Positions 45,701 through 55,939 of a DNA stretch of 64,000 nucleotides are shown in pieces. The notes beneath the pieces were generated by a model. That model ran no database searches and was not told the DNA's origin. It was given only the letters and a program-made list of their open reading frames with translations. Made by a program: the position numbers and the translations under genes. Location: the NCBI GenBank assembly GCA_963783575.1, contig CAWAOD010000010.1, positions 1-64,000 on the forward strand, written 5' to 3'. Each line of letters opens with the position of its first letter. The stretch's first letter is position 1. The DNA comes from an uncultured Spirochaetota bacterium. Its GTDB lineage: Bacteria; Spirochaetota; Brevinematia; Brevinematales; JAOACQ01.

Positions 45701-47749
45701 GGATTTATTGCTGACGTAATTTTCAAAGCTGTCGGAACCATACTGGAATTTATGTCTTTTAGTTGTTTCTTTCTCTTTAATTGATTGGTCCATTTCCATA
45801 ATACAATCATATCTATAAGTTGTTAATTCATTTACTATGGTATGGATTTTTTTAGAAAAAGTCACCTCTTTTACTACCTTCAAATCTAAAGCCAAATCCT
45901 CAAAAAAACCTTTTGAATAGAATAATTCATTGTTAAATTCTGTCTTTGTTCTTAATCCAGGGTTATTCTTCTTAAAATCGATGATTGAATTAATAAGCTC
46001 TGCTTTTCGATCGAGGTCCATTATATCGCCAACATATATAATACCTTTATCTCGTAAAAGAGAAACAATTTTCGATACAACATCTCTCAGGTAGTTATAT
46101 CCTGGAAATAATTGTATCACACTATTAATAATGACTATATCAAAATCTTTTTCACGGATTTTATCGATATCATGCGCTGCGAGGTATTCTAATTCTATAT
46201 TATTTATACCATTTTCTTTTATTTTAATTCTATTATTTTCAATCATTACCTTTGATAAATCGGTCCCATAATACATCTCAACATCTTGCGCAACCCTATA
46301 CATCGTTATACCTGATGCGCATCCTATTTCAAGTACTCTTGTCTTATTATTCAGGTAAGGCTTCAGCTTCTCGTATGTATTTTGTGCGTATTCTTCCATC
46401 TCTAGTTTTGAGAATTCTTCTCCCGTATAACTGCTTTTCCATCCCCCTTCACCGATTTCATTGGATGCTTCCTTCCCTATAGAATCCCAAAGCTTTTCAT
46501 CCATCAAACCGAATTCCTCTGCTTCTTCAGGCTGGTATATATCCGTACTATCTATACAAATAAATGAATTAAAAGCACTGCACTCCCATTGCAATTTATT
46601 AATTTTATTAATATCTTTTTTATCAATCACAACAACTTCAATTCCCGCATTATCTATAATAGATTTTATCCGCTCAATGGGAAACTCCGGGTCTATCGGC
46701 ACGTAAGCCCCTCCCGCTTTGAGTATACTGAGTATTCCTACAATCATATTTTCCGATCTTCTCATAAATAAACCGACAAGCGATTCCGGTTTTATCCCAT
46801 TTTTATCACTTAAAAAACCAGCTAATTTATTAACTTTTTCATTTAATTCCTGATATGTCAGTTTCCTGTCTTCAAAAACAACCGCAATATTTTCTGGCGT
46901 TCTCTGGACTTGTTCTTCAAATAATTCAACTACGGTCTTGTCCCTTGGGTAATCTTCTTTCGTATTATTGAATGTACTAAGCAGCTCTTCTTTTTCACTA
47001 TTTGTTAAAATATCAATCTCTGATAATTTCATAATTGGATTCATTATAGCCATCTCAATAAATCTCAATATATGTTCAACTATCTGGCTAACAAACTGGC
47101 TTTCATATTTATTCTTATTGTATTTAAGGTTTAGAACTTGTATGTTTTCCTGAATTGAAAAGAAAAAGCACATATCACATTTCAAATCGTCAAAATTTAC
47201 CTTGGTATGCATTTGCTCGAGCAATATAATAGTTTTGAAAAAAGATAACGGATCTGAAGAATCCTCAAGATTTAACAATACAGGAAGATTTTTATATGAA
47301 AAATGAGAATATATTCCAGATTCAGTGACATTATTTTCAATTTCTGTAAGGTAGTCTTGAATAGAAATATTCTCATGAATTAAACTTCTTAATAAAATGA
47401 GATTGTCATTAGTTTTAATGTCGGATTTACTATTTAAAACAGGCATACCTATATTGATATCTTGATTACCAGTATACCGAAATAACAAATAGTTCACTGC
47501 CGCCAATAAAACGATAAAGATATCCTGTAAAGAATTTTTATTTAAATCGAATAACGGTTCATCTTCTTTTCTATTAAGATGAAAGAACCGGGATATGTAT
47601 TCATAATCATAAATTGTATTTTTGTTTCGACTGGCTGGGAAAGTACTGATAACAATCTCCCCTTGAAGCTTTTCATGCCAATATTTTTTATCATCTTCAA
47701 ACTGAGAGTTTGATGCCGGAGTATTTTTTAAATTTTGATACATATACAT
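42721..47749 (-). CDS. NRPS: partial C - A(Ser-type, interrupted by a methyltransferase) - PCP - C-like; frameshift at ~45465
   Basis: ORFs 45407..47764 and 42721..45435 join (GAGVWM-L-QPGGEKDP) on removing one C. A cores LKAGGAYVPIDP, YTSGSTGNPKG, FDVSVW, NLYGPTE, GELCIAGDGLARGY, YRTGDL, NGKIDR; MT VLEIGCASG; PCP LGLNSL; terminal SHLIFD. ATG at 47749 follows AAGGAG. Confidence 0.9.
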
Positions 47750-47825
47750 CCGAGTCTCCTTCACAAAATTATTTATAAACTACCCCATCTTCTTATGTTA
47801 TTAAAAAACGGATTATACTATATCT

Positions 47826-50800
47826 CTAGTTTTTATTTAAACTAATATATTCTGATATATCTGCGCTGTTTTGATGGTTCATTAAGAAATCAAGCCCTAT
47901 ATCTATTTGAGCAGTTTCTCTAATTTTTGTTACAAGCTGTATTGCCAGTAAAGAATGGCCTCCTAAATCAAAAAAACTATCCTTTCTTCCGATTGGTTGA
48001 ATATTTAAAAGCTTTTCCATCATAGCTATGATCTTTTTTTCATTTTCAGATATTGGAGCCTCATATGGTGTTGCCAATTCCGGACGCGGTTTTAATTTAT
48101 CGCTTTCATGCGAATTACTATCGACCTGCCCGGGATCCATTTTTATCCATATATCATAACGTTTGTAGAGGTCTGAACAGGAAATAATCATAGGATTAAA
48201 CTGCGCTTCAACACCTGACAATTTTTCCAAACATATATTTCCCTCATAGGTAGTTATCAAGCCTTCCAATATTCTTTCCGAACCTAATTGAAAACCGGCA
48301 GCCATGTTTTCTTCTACCAGGTCTTCAAACCATTCTGATTCAAGGGAATCCCAATTGAATACGGCCCAGGGCTTTTGTAAATAATTGTTTGCATCGAGGG
48401 CAGCACTTACCGCGATAGAATCTGCCGAACAGTAGGCGAAGAAACCCGGACCAGCCAGGACTGTACTTATAGATGTCCATAAATATCTGAAATCCAGCTC
48501 CTTATTCTTAAAAATCTCATTTATGATAACAAATGATCCTCCGATGGAAGAGAGATTATAATGGCATAATTTTTTTATCATATCAGCAGGATAAGAAAGA
48601 GTAGCTATTCTGCCAGCCGCGTATCCTCCGGCGGCATGTACAACTCCGTTAATAGGGCCAAACTGTTTTTCAAGATATTCTATCTTCTTTTCAAGTTTAT
48701 CTTTATCGTTGATAATATCCAGCTCATCTATAAATTCCGCACCTAAAGCTTTTAGTTTTTTTACTGTTTTAATCTTCAAGCTTTTAATTTCATTCGGACC
48801 ATGATTTTTCAGCCAATCTTCCCAATCTTTTTCTTTCGGAAGAGTAGGATCATCCATTATAATCAGCTGAGCTTGATATTTCCCAATAATATATTCATAT
48901 ATTGCGGGTATCCCGCCGGTTAAACCCCCAAAAGCAAAATAAACGCCTTTTTGCTTAAATACACTATTTTGTTTTATATTTTCATTCAATTTAATCTGGT
49001 TAAAATTCAGAACCCAGCGTTTATTACTACGATAGGAACAAACAATATCTTTATTGTCCGATAGAATTTCATTTACAACAAGATTAACCCTGTCTTTATA
49101 GGCTAGAAATTCTTTATTTATTTCTATTAACCGATTCCGGAAATTCGGATATTCCTGCTGAATTACTTTCAACGCGCTTACAATGGTTGATTTTTCAGGA
49201 TATACTTTTTCATTTCCATAAATATCAAAAACATTATTTACAAAAGAAAATAATTGAATGTTTCTTGTGATATTATGCGTATTAACTGCTTTAATTAAAT
49301 ATAAAAATGAATATAGTCCAAATTTCTGAAAGGATAAAATAGAATCTATTTGTTGAACAAAATTCTCATTTTTTAAATCAAATAAACTAAAAAAATGTAA
49401 GATTGAATCCGGTATATTATGATTCAATTCCAAGTCATTAAATAATAATAGATAGGATTCCGGGTTTTCCAAATCAATTTCGTAAGTATTGCTACTGGTT
49501 TTCAAGTATTCCTTACCGGCATATACATAAAAGGCCTTTTCTCCCCTATTTTTTAATTCCTCTCCAATAGAATACCCAAAGTTTAGATGGTCTACAAATA
49601 TCAGTCTCTTCAATACGGTTTTATTATCAGATTGGATAATAAAAGGAAGGGCGGTTTGATTCCATTTATTATAATAAAACCATTCATCCATATTATTAAT
49701 TTTATGAGCAATTGAATTGTCCTCTTGAATTTTGTCTTTATTTTTTGATTCAATCCAATAATAATCTTTTTCCAACGGATAAGTCGGAAGGCTTACCCGT
49801 TTCCTTTTTTCATCTTTATTAATATTTTTCCAATCGGCAATTCCTTCTTTAAACCAATCTCTCAGCTTATTGTTTGGTTCATTGCCATTGTTTACAATTT
49901 TTTCTTGGTAGTTATGGTTGTCAATCATTTTTTCCGGGTTCTTGCCTTTTAATATATCAATGGCATTTTCAATAGAATTTGTATAAAATGCAAGCTTGTT
50001 TTTAAAATCACGCCTTCCAACCTGCAGGGTATATGCAATATCCTGTACAGAAGAATTTCTGTGTTCTTCCATATATTTCAGTAAATTGTTTTTAACTTCA
50101 TTCAATTGTTTATCATTTTTTGCAGACAAAATAATAACCGATTCTTTTTCCGTTTTTTCTCCAACACTATCATCACAATATTCTTCCAAAATGATATGGG
50201 CATTGGTTCCTCCGACCCCAAGAGAACTCACTCCCATTCTTAACGGAGAAGATTTTGACTGCATATCACAAAGTTCCGTATTCACATAAAACGGCGAATT
50301 CTCGAAATTTATATTTTTATTTCCCTTTTTAAAATGAAGGCTGGCCGGAACCTGTTTTTTTTCTAAGGCTAAAACAGTTTTTATAAAACTAGCTATCCCT
50401 GCTGCCGCTCCCAGGTGCCCAAAGTTAGTTTTTACCGAACCTAATCCGCAAAATCTATCCTTCGTTGTAAATTCCCTGAAAGCCTTTGTTAAAGCTGCGA
50501 CTTCGATCGGATCGCCAATTTTTGTACCGGTGCCATGGGCTTCAATATAATCTATTGTTTCAGGAGACACTCCGGAAGAAGCATAAGCCTGTACAATCAC
50601 TTCAGATTGGCCTTCAATACTCGGCGCTGTATAACCTGCTTTGTTTGAACCATCATTATTTAATGCGGACCCTTTAATCACAGCCCTGATATGGTCCCCA
50701 TCCGCAACAGCATCGCTCAATCTCTTTAAAAGGACTACACCGCTCCCACTGCCCCATATAGTCCCATCCGAATCATCATCAAAAGCCCTGCAATAACCAT

Positions 50801-51491
50801 CGCGGGATAAAATACTATCTCTTTCATAAAAATATCCAACATTTTCAGGAATTATTATTGCTGCTCCTCCGGCTAAAACCATATCCGCATCTCCAAAAAG
50901 AAGCGCCTGCCTGGCCAGATGAATCGCAACCAAACTGGATGAGCATGCGGTGTTTACGTTAATGCTTGGGCCGGTCAAATTTAAAAGATAAGATGTTTGA
51001 GTAGGGAGACCGTCTTTTTCATTGCCTGTGATAATTTGAAGAGGTCCTACCATATTGACTATATCCGGATTATTATAAAGATTTTTGATATAAAAGTTGA
51101 TACCCGCGCTGCCGAATACCCCAATCTTACCATTATACTTTTCCGGGACATACCCGGCGTCTTCCAGCGCCTGCCAGCAGTTTTCTATAAACAACCTGCG
51201 TTGTGGGTCTAAAATACTTGCTTCGCTTGGATTCACATTAAAAAAAGAAGCATCGAAATATTTACTTCTGGAAAAATAAGGTGAAGCTTTGACATAATTC
51301 GGATGGTTAATCATTTCTTTATCAATGCCCCGATTCAATAACTCTTCATCAGAATAAAGCTTAACCGAGCAGATACCTTTAGACAGGTTATTCCAATACT
51401 CATCTATGTTATCCGCTTCCGGAAAATAACAAGCCATTCCAATGACGGCAATATCTAAAGGATTTATTTCATTCACAATTAATACCCTCAC
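47826..51491 (-). CDS. AT-less PKS module of NRPS-hybrid type: KS - degenerate KR - carrier
   Basis: KS NTACSSS, EAHGTGT, KTNFGHL; no AT GHSxG; KR-like region GGLTGG, GVVHAAG, YCSAD; carrier FFDLGGHSLL. True start may be GTG at 51476. Confidence 0.9.
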   Translation of the reverse strand: MRVLIVNEINPLDIAVIGMACYFPEADNIDEYWNNLSKGICSVKLYSDEELLNRGIDKEMINHPNYVKASPYFSRSKYFDASFFNVNPSEASILDPQRRLFIENCWQALEDAGYVPEKYNGKIGVFGSAGINFYIKNLYNNPDIVNMVGPLQIITGNEKDGLPTQTSYLLNLTGPSINVNTACSSSLVAIHLARQALLFGDADMVLAGGAAIIIPENVGYFYERDSILSRDGYCRAFDDDSDGTIWGSGSGVVLLKRLSDAVADGDHIRAVIKGSALNNDGSNKAGYTAPSIEGQSEVIVQAYASSGVSPETIDYIEAHGTGTKIGDPIEVAALTKAFREFTTKDRFCGLGSVKTNFGHLGAAAGIASFIKTVLALEKKQVPASLHFKKGNKNINFENSPFYVNTELCDMQSKSSPLRMGVSSLGVGGTNAHIILEEYCDDSVGEKTEKESVIILSAKNDKQLNEVKNNLLKYMEEHRNSSVQDIAYTLQVGRRDFKNKLAFYTNSIENAIDILKGKNPEKMIDNHNYQEKIVNNGNEPNNKLRDWFKEGIADWKNINKDEKRKRVSLPTYPLEKDYYWIESKNKDKIQEDNSIAHKINNMDEWFYYNKWNQTALPFIIQSDNKTVLKRLIFVDHLNFGYSIGEELKNRGEKAFYVYAGKEYLKTSSNTYEIDLENPESYLLLFNDLELNHNIPDSILHFFSLFDLKNENFVQQIDSILSFQKFGLYSFLYLIKAVNTHNITRNIQLFSFVNNVFDIYGNEKVYPEKSTIVSALKVIQQEYPNFRNRLIEINKEFLAYKDRVNLVVNEILSDNKDIVCSYRSNKRWVLNFNQIKLNENIKQNSVFKQKGVYFAFGGLTGGIPAIYEYIIGKYQAQLIIMDDPTLPKEKDWEDWLKNHGPNEIKSLKIKTVKKLKALGAEFIDELDIINDKDKLEKKIEYLEKQFGPINGVVHAAGGYAAGRIATLSYPADMIKKLCHYNLSSIGGSFVIINEIFKNKELDFRYLWTSISTVLAGPGFFAYCSADSIAVSAALDANNYLQKPWAVFNWDSLESEWFEDLVEENMAAGFQLGSERILEGLITTYEGNICLEKLSGVEAQFNPMIISCSDLYKRYDIWIKMDPGQVDSNSHESDKLKPRPELATPYEAPISENEKKIIAMMEKLLNIQPIGRKDSFFDLGGHSLLAIQLVTKIRETAQIDIGLDFLMNHQNSADISEYISLNKN

Positions 51492-51537
51492 TATTATTAT
51501 AAAATCTTCAATCCTTATCTTTTTTTATCATATCCCA

Positions 51538-52239
51538 TTACAAAACACACAAAGCCGCTATAAAATCGTATGAATAACCATAGCTGGAAGCCAATTTTTT
51601 AATTTTTAATTTACGTTCATCTAAAACTTTTATGAATTCGTTTTTATTTAAAAGCTCTCTGTAACCCAAATTCAATTCCGGATTTATTTCAAAATACGCC
51701 CTGGTTAACGGCGTATCTAAAGGCACAATAATCAACAGCTTCCCATCCGGTTTCATGAATTTTATATGGCAGTTGATCACCTCTTTTTTATCCGAAAAAT
51801 GCTCTATTAAACCAAAACTGCATACAATATCAAATCTATCTTTGATATCCAGTTGAAATAAATCCCGGATGATATATTTAATATTCGTTTTTTCCTTATC
51901 ATTCAATTTATCAAATTGATGATAAGACTCCTCGTTTTTATCCACCAGAACTCCTGACCCTTTATAAAGGCTTAAAACGCTCCGGGTAAGAAAACCGGAC
52001 CCTGCCCCTAGCTCTAAAACAGAAAGAGATACAATCTGTTCACCGGCAAATACTTCTTTTAAAACCTTATATAAAACCCCGCCCATTTTAAAATTATCTT
52101 CTTTGAGAAACAGTCTTACCTTTTGATAGATTTCTTCTATATTGATTTGAGCTGAAAATTCACGCTGCCTATTCTCGTTAAAATACTGTGGCCAATTAAA
52201 TCCGTCTTGCAATTCCAAAAAGTCTTTGGTGATATACAT
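51538..52239 (-). CDS. Class I SAM-dependent methyltransferase
   Basis: VLELGAGSG, FDIVCSFGLIEHF, KPDGKLLIIVP. Confidence 0.85.
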   Translation of the reverse strand: MYITKDFLELQDGFNWPQYFNENRQREFSAQINIEEIYQKVRLFLKEDNFKMGGVLYKVLKEVFAGEQIVSLSVLELGAGSGFLTRSVLSLYKGSGVLVDKNEESYHQFDKLNDKEKTNIKYIIRDLFQLDIKDRFDIVCSFGLIEHFSDKKEVINCHIKFMKPDGKLLIIVPLDTPLTRAYFEINPELNLGYRELLNKNEFIKVLDERKLKIKKLASSYGYSYDFIAALCVL

Positions 52240-52259
52240 GAAAACCTCTAATACTTTCT

Positions 52260-53234
52260 TTAAAACAAATCATGAATTAACTGTTTCGCCAGGAGAAACC
52301 GGATAATTTTTTCTCTATCTTCTTTATCATCAAACGAATAACATCTTATCTTTTTTGTGTTTTCGTTAAACAACCCTTTCATAGAACTTTGCGGTCCGAT
52401 CTCAAATGCAAAAGAAACATCCTGTCTTTCAAAATAGGAAACTGCTTGCCGCCATCTCACCGGAGTTACTAATTGAACCATCAGGTTTTTCTCGATTTCA
52501 TTATGGGAATTATAGGGAAGCCCGGTTACTGTAGATACAACATCCCATTTTAAAGGATGATAAACAAACGCTGTTAATTCTTTTTTAATGTCTTCTTCGA
52601 TAAAACTCATTAAAGTACTATGAAAAGGCGCGTCAACTTTCATCGGCATCATACTAAAGGGCACAAATTCTCCGTTAACTTTTTTAACAGATTTATCTAA
52701 AGCCTTCAGGGCATTTTCATCTCCTGAAACGACGAACTGCCTGGGTGAATTATAACAGCAAATTGAGGCAAAACCTATTTGGTCATTCACTTCCTTCACT
52801 GTCTTCTCGACAATTTCCTCTGTAATGTCCAAAATTAACGCCGTCCTTCCTTTTTTTTCACTGTATGCCCTCTGCATAATCGAACCCCTTTCCCTCGCAA
52901 ACCTAACCCCATCGTAAAATGCTATTCCTCCTGCTGCGATTAAAGCAGATATTTCACCTAGGCTATGTCCGGTACCGTAGTCCGGTAAAAAACCCGTTTC
53001 TTCAGTGAGCACTTTATATAAAGCATAACTCGCGGTAACCACAGCCGGCTGGGCATTTGCCAAATGCGTCAATTCCTGCATGTCCCCATCATTGATCATT
53101 TTTTGGATGTTATATCCGAGAGAATCATTCGCTTCTTTAAAAACCTGCGCCGCCGCAGGATAATTTTTAACCATGTCTTTACACATACCAATATATTGCG
53201 CTCCCTGCCCGGGAAAAAGCATAGCGATCTTCAA
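52260..53234 (-). CDS. Discrete acyltransferase (FabD-like trans-AT)
   Basis: FPGQGAQ, AQPA, GHSLGE, ERGSIMQ, NSPRQFVVSG, APFHS, PVRW, EIGP. Confidence 0.93.
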   Translation of the reverse strand: MKIAMLFPGQGAQYIGMCKDMVKNYPAAAQVFKEANDSLGYNIQKMINDGDMQELTHLANAQPAVVTASYALYKVLTEETGFLPDYGTGHSLGEISALIAAGGIAFYDGVRFARERGSIMQRAYSEKKGRTALILDITEEIVEKTVKEVNDQIGFASICCYNSPRQFVVSGDENALKALDKSVKKVNGEFVPFSMMPMKVDAPFHSTLMSFIEEDIKKELTAFVYHPLKWDVVSTVTGLPYNSHNEIEKNLMVQLVTPVRWRQAVSYFERQDVSFAFEIGPQSSMKGLFNENTKKIRCYSFDDKEDREKIIRFLLAKQLIHDLF

Positions 53235-53235
53235 T

Positions 53236-54381
53236 TTATTTTTTCCTTATATAATATTTGTTTAACCCAAAAGCCGCAATCATTTCCTGCTGAATTTGAG
53301 ATGTTCCTTCTATAATTTCCAGTACCTTTGCCTCCCGATACAATCGCTCTACCGTATAATGGTCTGTAAAACCATTTGCTCCATATACCTGCAGCGCATC
53401 ATTAGCCACTTCAACCGCTATCTTCGAAGTAAAATACTTCGCGATATTGGTTTCCATAATATTTTCCGGATCTTTTTCTTTCCTTAACTCGCCAGCCCTC
53501 AAACAAATCGCCTTGGCCGCGTGTACTTTTGTGACAGCGTCGCCGATTATACCCCTGATCAATTGAAAAGACCTCAGTTTTTCCCCAAATTGTTCCCGGT
53601 TTCTAGAATAGGAAACCATAGCTTCCATCGCTTCTTCAGCAATCGCGGCACCGCCCCAGGCTACACTGTACCTTCCATTATCAAGCGCGGTATTGACTAC
53701 ATATTCAAAACCATTATCAATCTTACCCAGGATATTCTCTTCCGGAACTTCAACATGATTCAATTCGATCTCCGCAAGATAGGTCGCCCTTCCCGCCATC
53801 AAACCTTCGATTTGCTTTGTTTTTAAACCAATGGATTTTCTTTCAACCAGGAATGCAGTCGCTTTCCCATTATTTGCCGCTATCACAATAAACAATTCAG
53901 CAATATGCCCAAAGGTAATCCATTTTTTTGTTCCATTAATAATGAATTTGTCTCCTTTTTTTATATAGGTTGTTTTTACACTTTTTGTATTCGAACCAAC
54001 TAGAGGTTCCGACAAAGCAAATGCCGCTATCACCTCTCCTTTCACTATTAAAGGAAGCCATTTATTCTTTTGTTCCTCATTACCCCATCTTAATAAAGTT
54101 TCTCCAACCAATGAAGTGTGCACAGTTAATAGGCTTCTAGTTGCAACACATGCTTTCCCAATCTCTTTCGTAAATAATCCATAGTATACTGGATCCAAAC
54201 CTAACCCACCGTATTTCGAAGGTATAGGAGCGCCTAAATACCCGTTAGATGCCAATTTATTAATTAAACTTCTTGAAACTCCTCCATTTTTTTCAAACTC
54301 CTGAACAAACGGCCTTATTTCACAGTCAGAAAACAATTTTACTTCGTTAATAATCCTTTCTTGCCTTTCATCCTTTACCAC
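53236..54381 (-). CDS. Acyl-CoA/acyl-ACP dehydrogenase (FkbI/ZmaE-like)
   Basis: AFALSEPLVGS, INGTKKWITFG, REQFG, QVYGANG, YREAKVLEIIEGTSQIQ; adjacent to ACP and fkbH/fkbK remnants. Confidence 0.9.
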   Translation of the reverse strand: MVKDERQERIINEVKLFSDCEIRPFVQEFEKNGGVSRSLINKLASNGYLGAPIPSKYGGLGLDPVYYGLFTKEIGKACVATRSLLTVHTSLVGETLLRWGNEEQKNKWLPLIVKGEVIAAFALSEPLVGSNTKSVKTTYIKKGDKFIINGTKKWITFGHIAELFIVIAANNGKATAFLVERKSIGLKTKQIEGLMAGRATYLAEIELNHVEVPEENILGKIDNGFEYVVNTALDNGRYSVAWGGAAIAEEAMEAMVSYSRNREQFGEKLRSFQLIRGIIGDAVTKVHAAKAICLRAGELRKEKDPENIMETNIAKYFTSKIAVEVANDALQVYGANGFTDHYTVERLYREAKVLEIIEGTSQIQQEMIAAFGLNKYYIRKK

Positions 54382-54436
54382 ACTATCTCCTAATTACATG
54401 CCCAATAATACATCAATCCGATATCAATCTTCTTAC

Positions 54437-54676
54437 TTATTTCCTGTTGATTAAACTGATAATATTATTCACAGTATTAAAATTATTAATGTCCAGGTCA
54501 TCATTTTCAATTGCAATATTAAATTCTTTCTCAAGAAAATTTACTAATTTCATAGCAAATAATGAATTTACAAATCCAAGGGCAAAGAAATTATCACCAT
54601 CTGAAAATTCTATATTATCATCTGCTATAATAAAATTATTCTTAATAAATTCCCTAATTTTTTCTCTTTGTTCCAT
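54437..54676 (-). CDS. Stand-alone acyl carrier protein (FkbJ/ZmaD-like)
   Basis: 79 aa, FALGFVNSLFAMKLV motif typical of extender-unit ACPs; RBS GGAG. Confidence 0.9.
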   Translation of the reverse strand: MEQREKIREFIKNNFIIADDNIEFSDGDNFFALGFVNSLFAMKLVNFLEKEFNIAIENDDLDINNFNTVNNIISLINRK

Positions 54677-54678
54677 TT

Positions 54679-55089
54679 TTATTCTCCATTCCTAATTATA
54701 ATTTTTACTTCAATATGACTTGGAAATTCCAAATTATGAGTTAACTAATTTCCAAATATATAATTACCCTGCCCATTCGATGAAATCTCTTTAAAATTTG
54801 ATAACCGGAAGATCATATTAAAAATCAGCCCTGATTGGTCCTGATAGTTAACTCTTCCTCTCTTTTTAAATCCCCCTCCTCAGCTTCTTTAATAATAAAT
54901 TTCATATTTAAAGAAGCTAAAAAAGATTCCTTTGGGCCGACATAATTCCAATCAATTTCCGGATAAAGAAAATTCTCATGAATACCAAACTCCTTAATTC
55001 CATAGCAGTGGAGAAATCATTTTTATTGGATGGAATTTAAAATACAAATCCCAAACTACTCATTTGATTTCTTTATTTTTTTCATCCAT
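54679..55089 (-). pseudogene. Remnant of stand-alone FkbH-like (HAD-IIIC) glyceryl transferase
   Basis: Manual translation gives MDEKNKEIK*VVWDL, EFGIHENFLYPEIDWN and YVGPKESFLASLNMKFIIKEAEEGDLKREEELTIRTNQ: FkbH segments in the right order with large internal deletions, a stop and frameshifts. Confidence 0.8.
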
Positions 55090-55106
55090 AAATTTATCTG
55101 CCTAAT

Positions 55107-55222
55107 CTAATATATGTAAAATCTCTGGCCAGATTTCTCCCTAAAAGACCAGCATCCATCCCTTCCCTCAGTAAGGAACAGCATCAAAATTTGGAATCCT
55201 GATAACTTTCATAAAGAATATC
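55107..55222 (-). pseudogene. C-terminal remnant of 3-hydroxyacyl-CoA dehydrogenase (FkbK/ZmaG-like)
   Basis: Reads DILYESYQDSKF*CCSLLREGMDAGLLGR then (frameshift) SGQRFYIY*, matching the family's C-terminal ...AGLLGRKSGxGFYxY; sits directly behind an orphan GGAGGTG RBS. Confidence 0.72.
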
Positions 55223-55260
55223 ACCTCCAATTTTTAGCCGATCAGATTTTTTCGACATTA

Positions 55261-55784
55261 TCATAATTCCAAGAAAGACCGATAATTAACGCATTCCATT
55301 TTTTCTAGTATTGGTAGGCAATCGGGATTCATCCCTCCTTTTATGCTTGAAACTATTGATAATACATAATTTCCATCTTTTATATGAACGTCTTCTAAAA
55401 TCCAATGTTCACCATTTAAACTATCGTTACGAGCTTCTATCGGCTTCATATTTGGATTAGGCGATACAGAAAAGTAGTCAAAGGACATATACAACCCTTC
55501 ACCAGTTGCTTAATAAAGGCTTCTTTCCATGTTCACCAAGTATTAAACACTCTTTTTCTTTTATCAGCAGGTACTTTTAGGTATTCCTCTATTTCTTTTT
55601 TATTTGCAAACCGTTTAATATCAAAAATAAACTGATTCACCTTGCCAATTTCTTGCCTTGATAAGATGTTCAGTAATAATGGCTTGTCATGTATAACTTT
55701 ATCCATATTGAATAACCAAATATGAACATTGTCATCACTAATATGAATTCTTTTTTGATAATAATTTCTGAACACTCTTTCCAT
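55261..55784 (-). pseudogene. Sfp-type 4'-phosphopantetheinyl transferase pseudogene
   Basis: VHIW...LSRQE N-terminus joined directly to ...VFNTW*TWKEAFIK / TGEGL...FSV. The WxxKEAxxKxxGxGL motif has a TGA and a 1-nt deletion, and the central region is missing. Confidence 0.8.
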
Positions 55785-55939
55785 TTGTAATTCTACTTTT
55801 TTTATGGCATACCTATTTATAAAACAAAATACAGTGTTTAATATTTACCCAACTTTCCTGTTTCAGAGGTAAAAAAAGCAATAGAATAATTCGAGAAAGT
55901 AAGAAAGGCGGACAGATATCATTATTAACTTTTTTCATT

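Noticed and set aside
236..54695. Many plus-strand ORFs (Ser/Phe/Pro/Leu-rich) over the PKS/NRPS genes
   Set aside because: Antisense shadows of purine-rich minus-strand genes; no recognisable motifs.
55030..55540. Alternative genetic code suggested by in-frame TGA codons in the PPTase, fkbK and fkbH fragments
   Set aside because: They fall at positions expected to be Trp, Arg and Cys, accompany deletions and frameshifts, and the long intact genes use TGG with no internal TGA.
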